A DNA stretch of 27,364 bases, taken from positions 1 to 27,364 of the forward strand of contig JABCSY010000054.1 of assembly GCA_018238625.1 (NCBI GenBank), written 5' to 3'. A model generated the notes under the pieces. It was not told where the DNA came from, did not search any database, and saw only the letters and a program-made list of their open reading frames with translations. Below are positions 26,625 through 27,364 of the stretch, piece after piece. Origin of the DNA: Promethearchaeota archaeon. GTDB lineage: Archaea > Asgardarchaeota > Lokiarchaeia > Sigyniarchaeales > SOKP01. The stretch's first letter is position 1. Every line of letters starts with the position of its first letter. Made by a program: the position numbers and the translations under genes.

Positions 26625-26832
26625 TTAAACAATGAAGGACTAAAAAGCTTGGATTTGTTTATAAGGAGGGAAATTGTTCTTTAAAAATTTGAGAGTGGAT
26701 AAAAATAGAATTTTCAGATAGTCAAAATTTGTTTATAAAAAAATATCTTGTAGATAATTTATGGCTATCTGAAGTGAAATGGAAAACCCATTTGTGATCT
26801 GTGAAGGATAGTACAAAAAAGAGGTGGATAGT

Positions 26833-27364
26833 ATGATTAAAGATAGTTGGTTTGAAGGTGGAAAGAAAGAGAAAAGAGTCATAACGCGAAGAGAACAGAA
26901 ATGGATATTAGCGATTCATGAGAATCCGCATCCAGCCGATTATGTTTCTCTGTGGGAAATGATGCGATTTGGAGAGGAAAAATTTCCAGGAGTTGAACAA
27001 GCGGAAATTTTTTTCACACAAAGCGGAGAAAAGTCCGGCATGGCATTCGAAAGTACCAATGTAATTTCGATTGATACGGGAGGAGGAAGATACGATGAGC
27101 ATCGAAACGGTGGAGATACAGATCGATTAGCTGGAGAATGTTCAGCGACTTTAATAGCAAAGGATTTAGGAATTCGAGAAAAACTGGAGGTAAAAGAATT
27201 GCTTAATTATGTATTTATACATGATTCAAGCAGCCAACGAAGAAACTTTGACTTTGCAGATTTAGTAATTGCGATGAATCGCAGCGAAATGGAGCAGAAA
27301 GAGATAATCAGTTATGTCTTTGATATTCTTGATGCTCTCTATGAGCTAAAGGAAGAAGAGTCAG
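26833..27364 (+). CDS. MYG1/DHH-like metal-dependent hydrolase-related protein, runs off the window end (not in ORF track)
   Basis: ATG at 26833 follows GAGGTGG and the frame is open to the window end. Motifs IHENPHPAD and IDTGGGRYDEH resemble MYG1-family H-x-x-x-H-x-D and D-x-GG..DHH; CSATLIA also present. Confidence 0.65.
   Translation, partial: MIKDSWFEGGKKEKRVITRREQKWILAIHENPHPADYVSLWEMMRFGEEKFPGVEQAEIFFTQSGEKSGMAFESTNVISIDTGGGRYDEHRNGGDTDRLAGECSATLIAKDLGIREKLEVKELLNYVFIHDSSSQRRNFDFADLVIAMNRSEMEQKEIISYVFDILDALYELKEEES

Noticed and set aside
23615-26631. TAAACA present near both discontinuities as a possible target-site duplication
   Set aside because: A 6-bp AT-rich match is expected by chance, no transposase or integrase is present, and the sequence beyond 26631 does not continue scpA.
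26662-26721. AAGGAGGG followed by a TTG-started 15-codon ORF
   Set aside because: Single copy, weak start, short SD spacing and no other support.
26908-27102. 64-aa minus-strand ORF in the track
   Set aside because: It is antisense to the longer motif-bearing plus-strand ORF starting at 26833.

Overview
AT-rich archaeal DNA, most consistent with an Asgard (Lokiarchaeia-like) genome. That assignment is inferred from gene content and style: GINS23, Topo VI, archaeal-type ValRS, CoaBC and ScpB. Housekeeping genes are gins23-like, pyrE, top6A, an unusually large top6B, coaBC, tRNA-Ala(CGC), valS, a GT2 glycosyltransferase, scpB and dppBC. Accessory genes are a MoxR AAA+/VWA/SWIM trio, an HExxPGHH metallopeptidase-like gene and a glycyl radical enzyme. 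The main observation is in the apparently intergenic DNA and is absent from the ORF track: four related minus-strand mini-genes, each reading as a 9-aa peptide M-P-G-[QH]-x-x-x-x-P-stop (MPGQDGHLP, MPGQPYIIP, MPGHDGIGP, MPGQNGLVP). Each has a GTGA-type ribosome-binding motif, a 3' hairpin and a U-rich terminator-like tract. Three form a ~200-220 bp tandem array at 8.2-8.9 kb and the fourth lies at 16.4 kb, so together they bracket the co-oriented MoxR-VWA-SWIM-metallopeptidase cassette. The right end has two apparent discontinuities: at ~23.62 kb only the C-terminal ~50 codons of scpA survive, and at ~26.62 kb a 5'-truncated ORF abuts a MYG1/DHH-like gene. These may be rearrangements or assembly joins.
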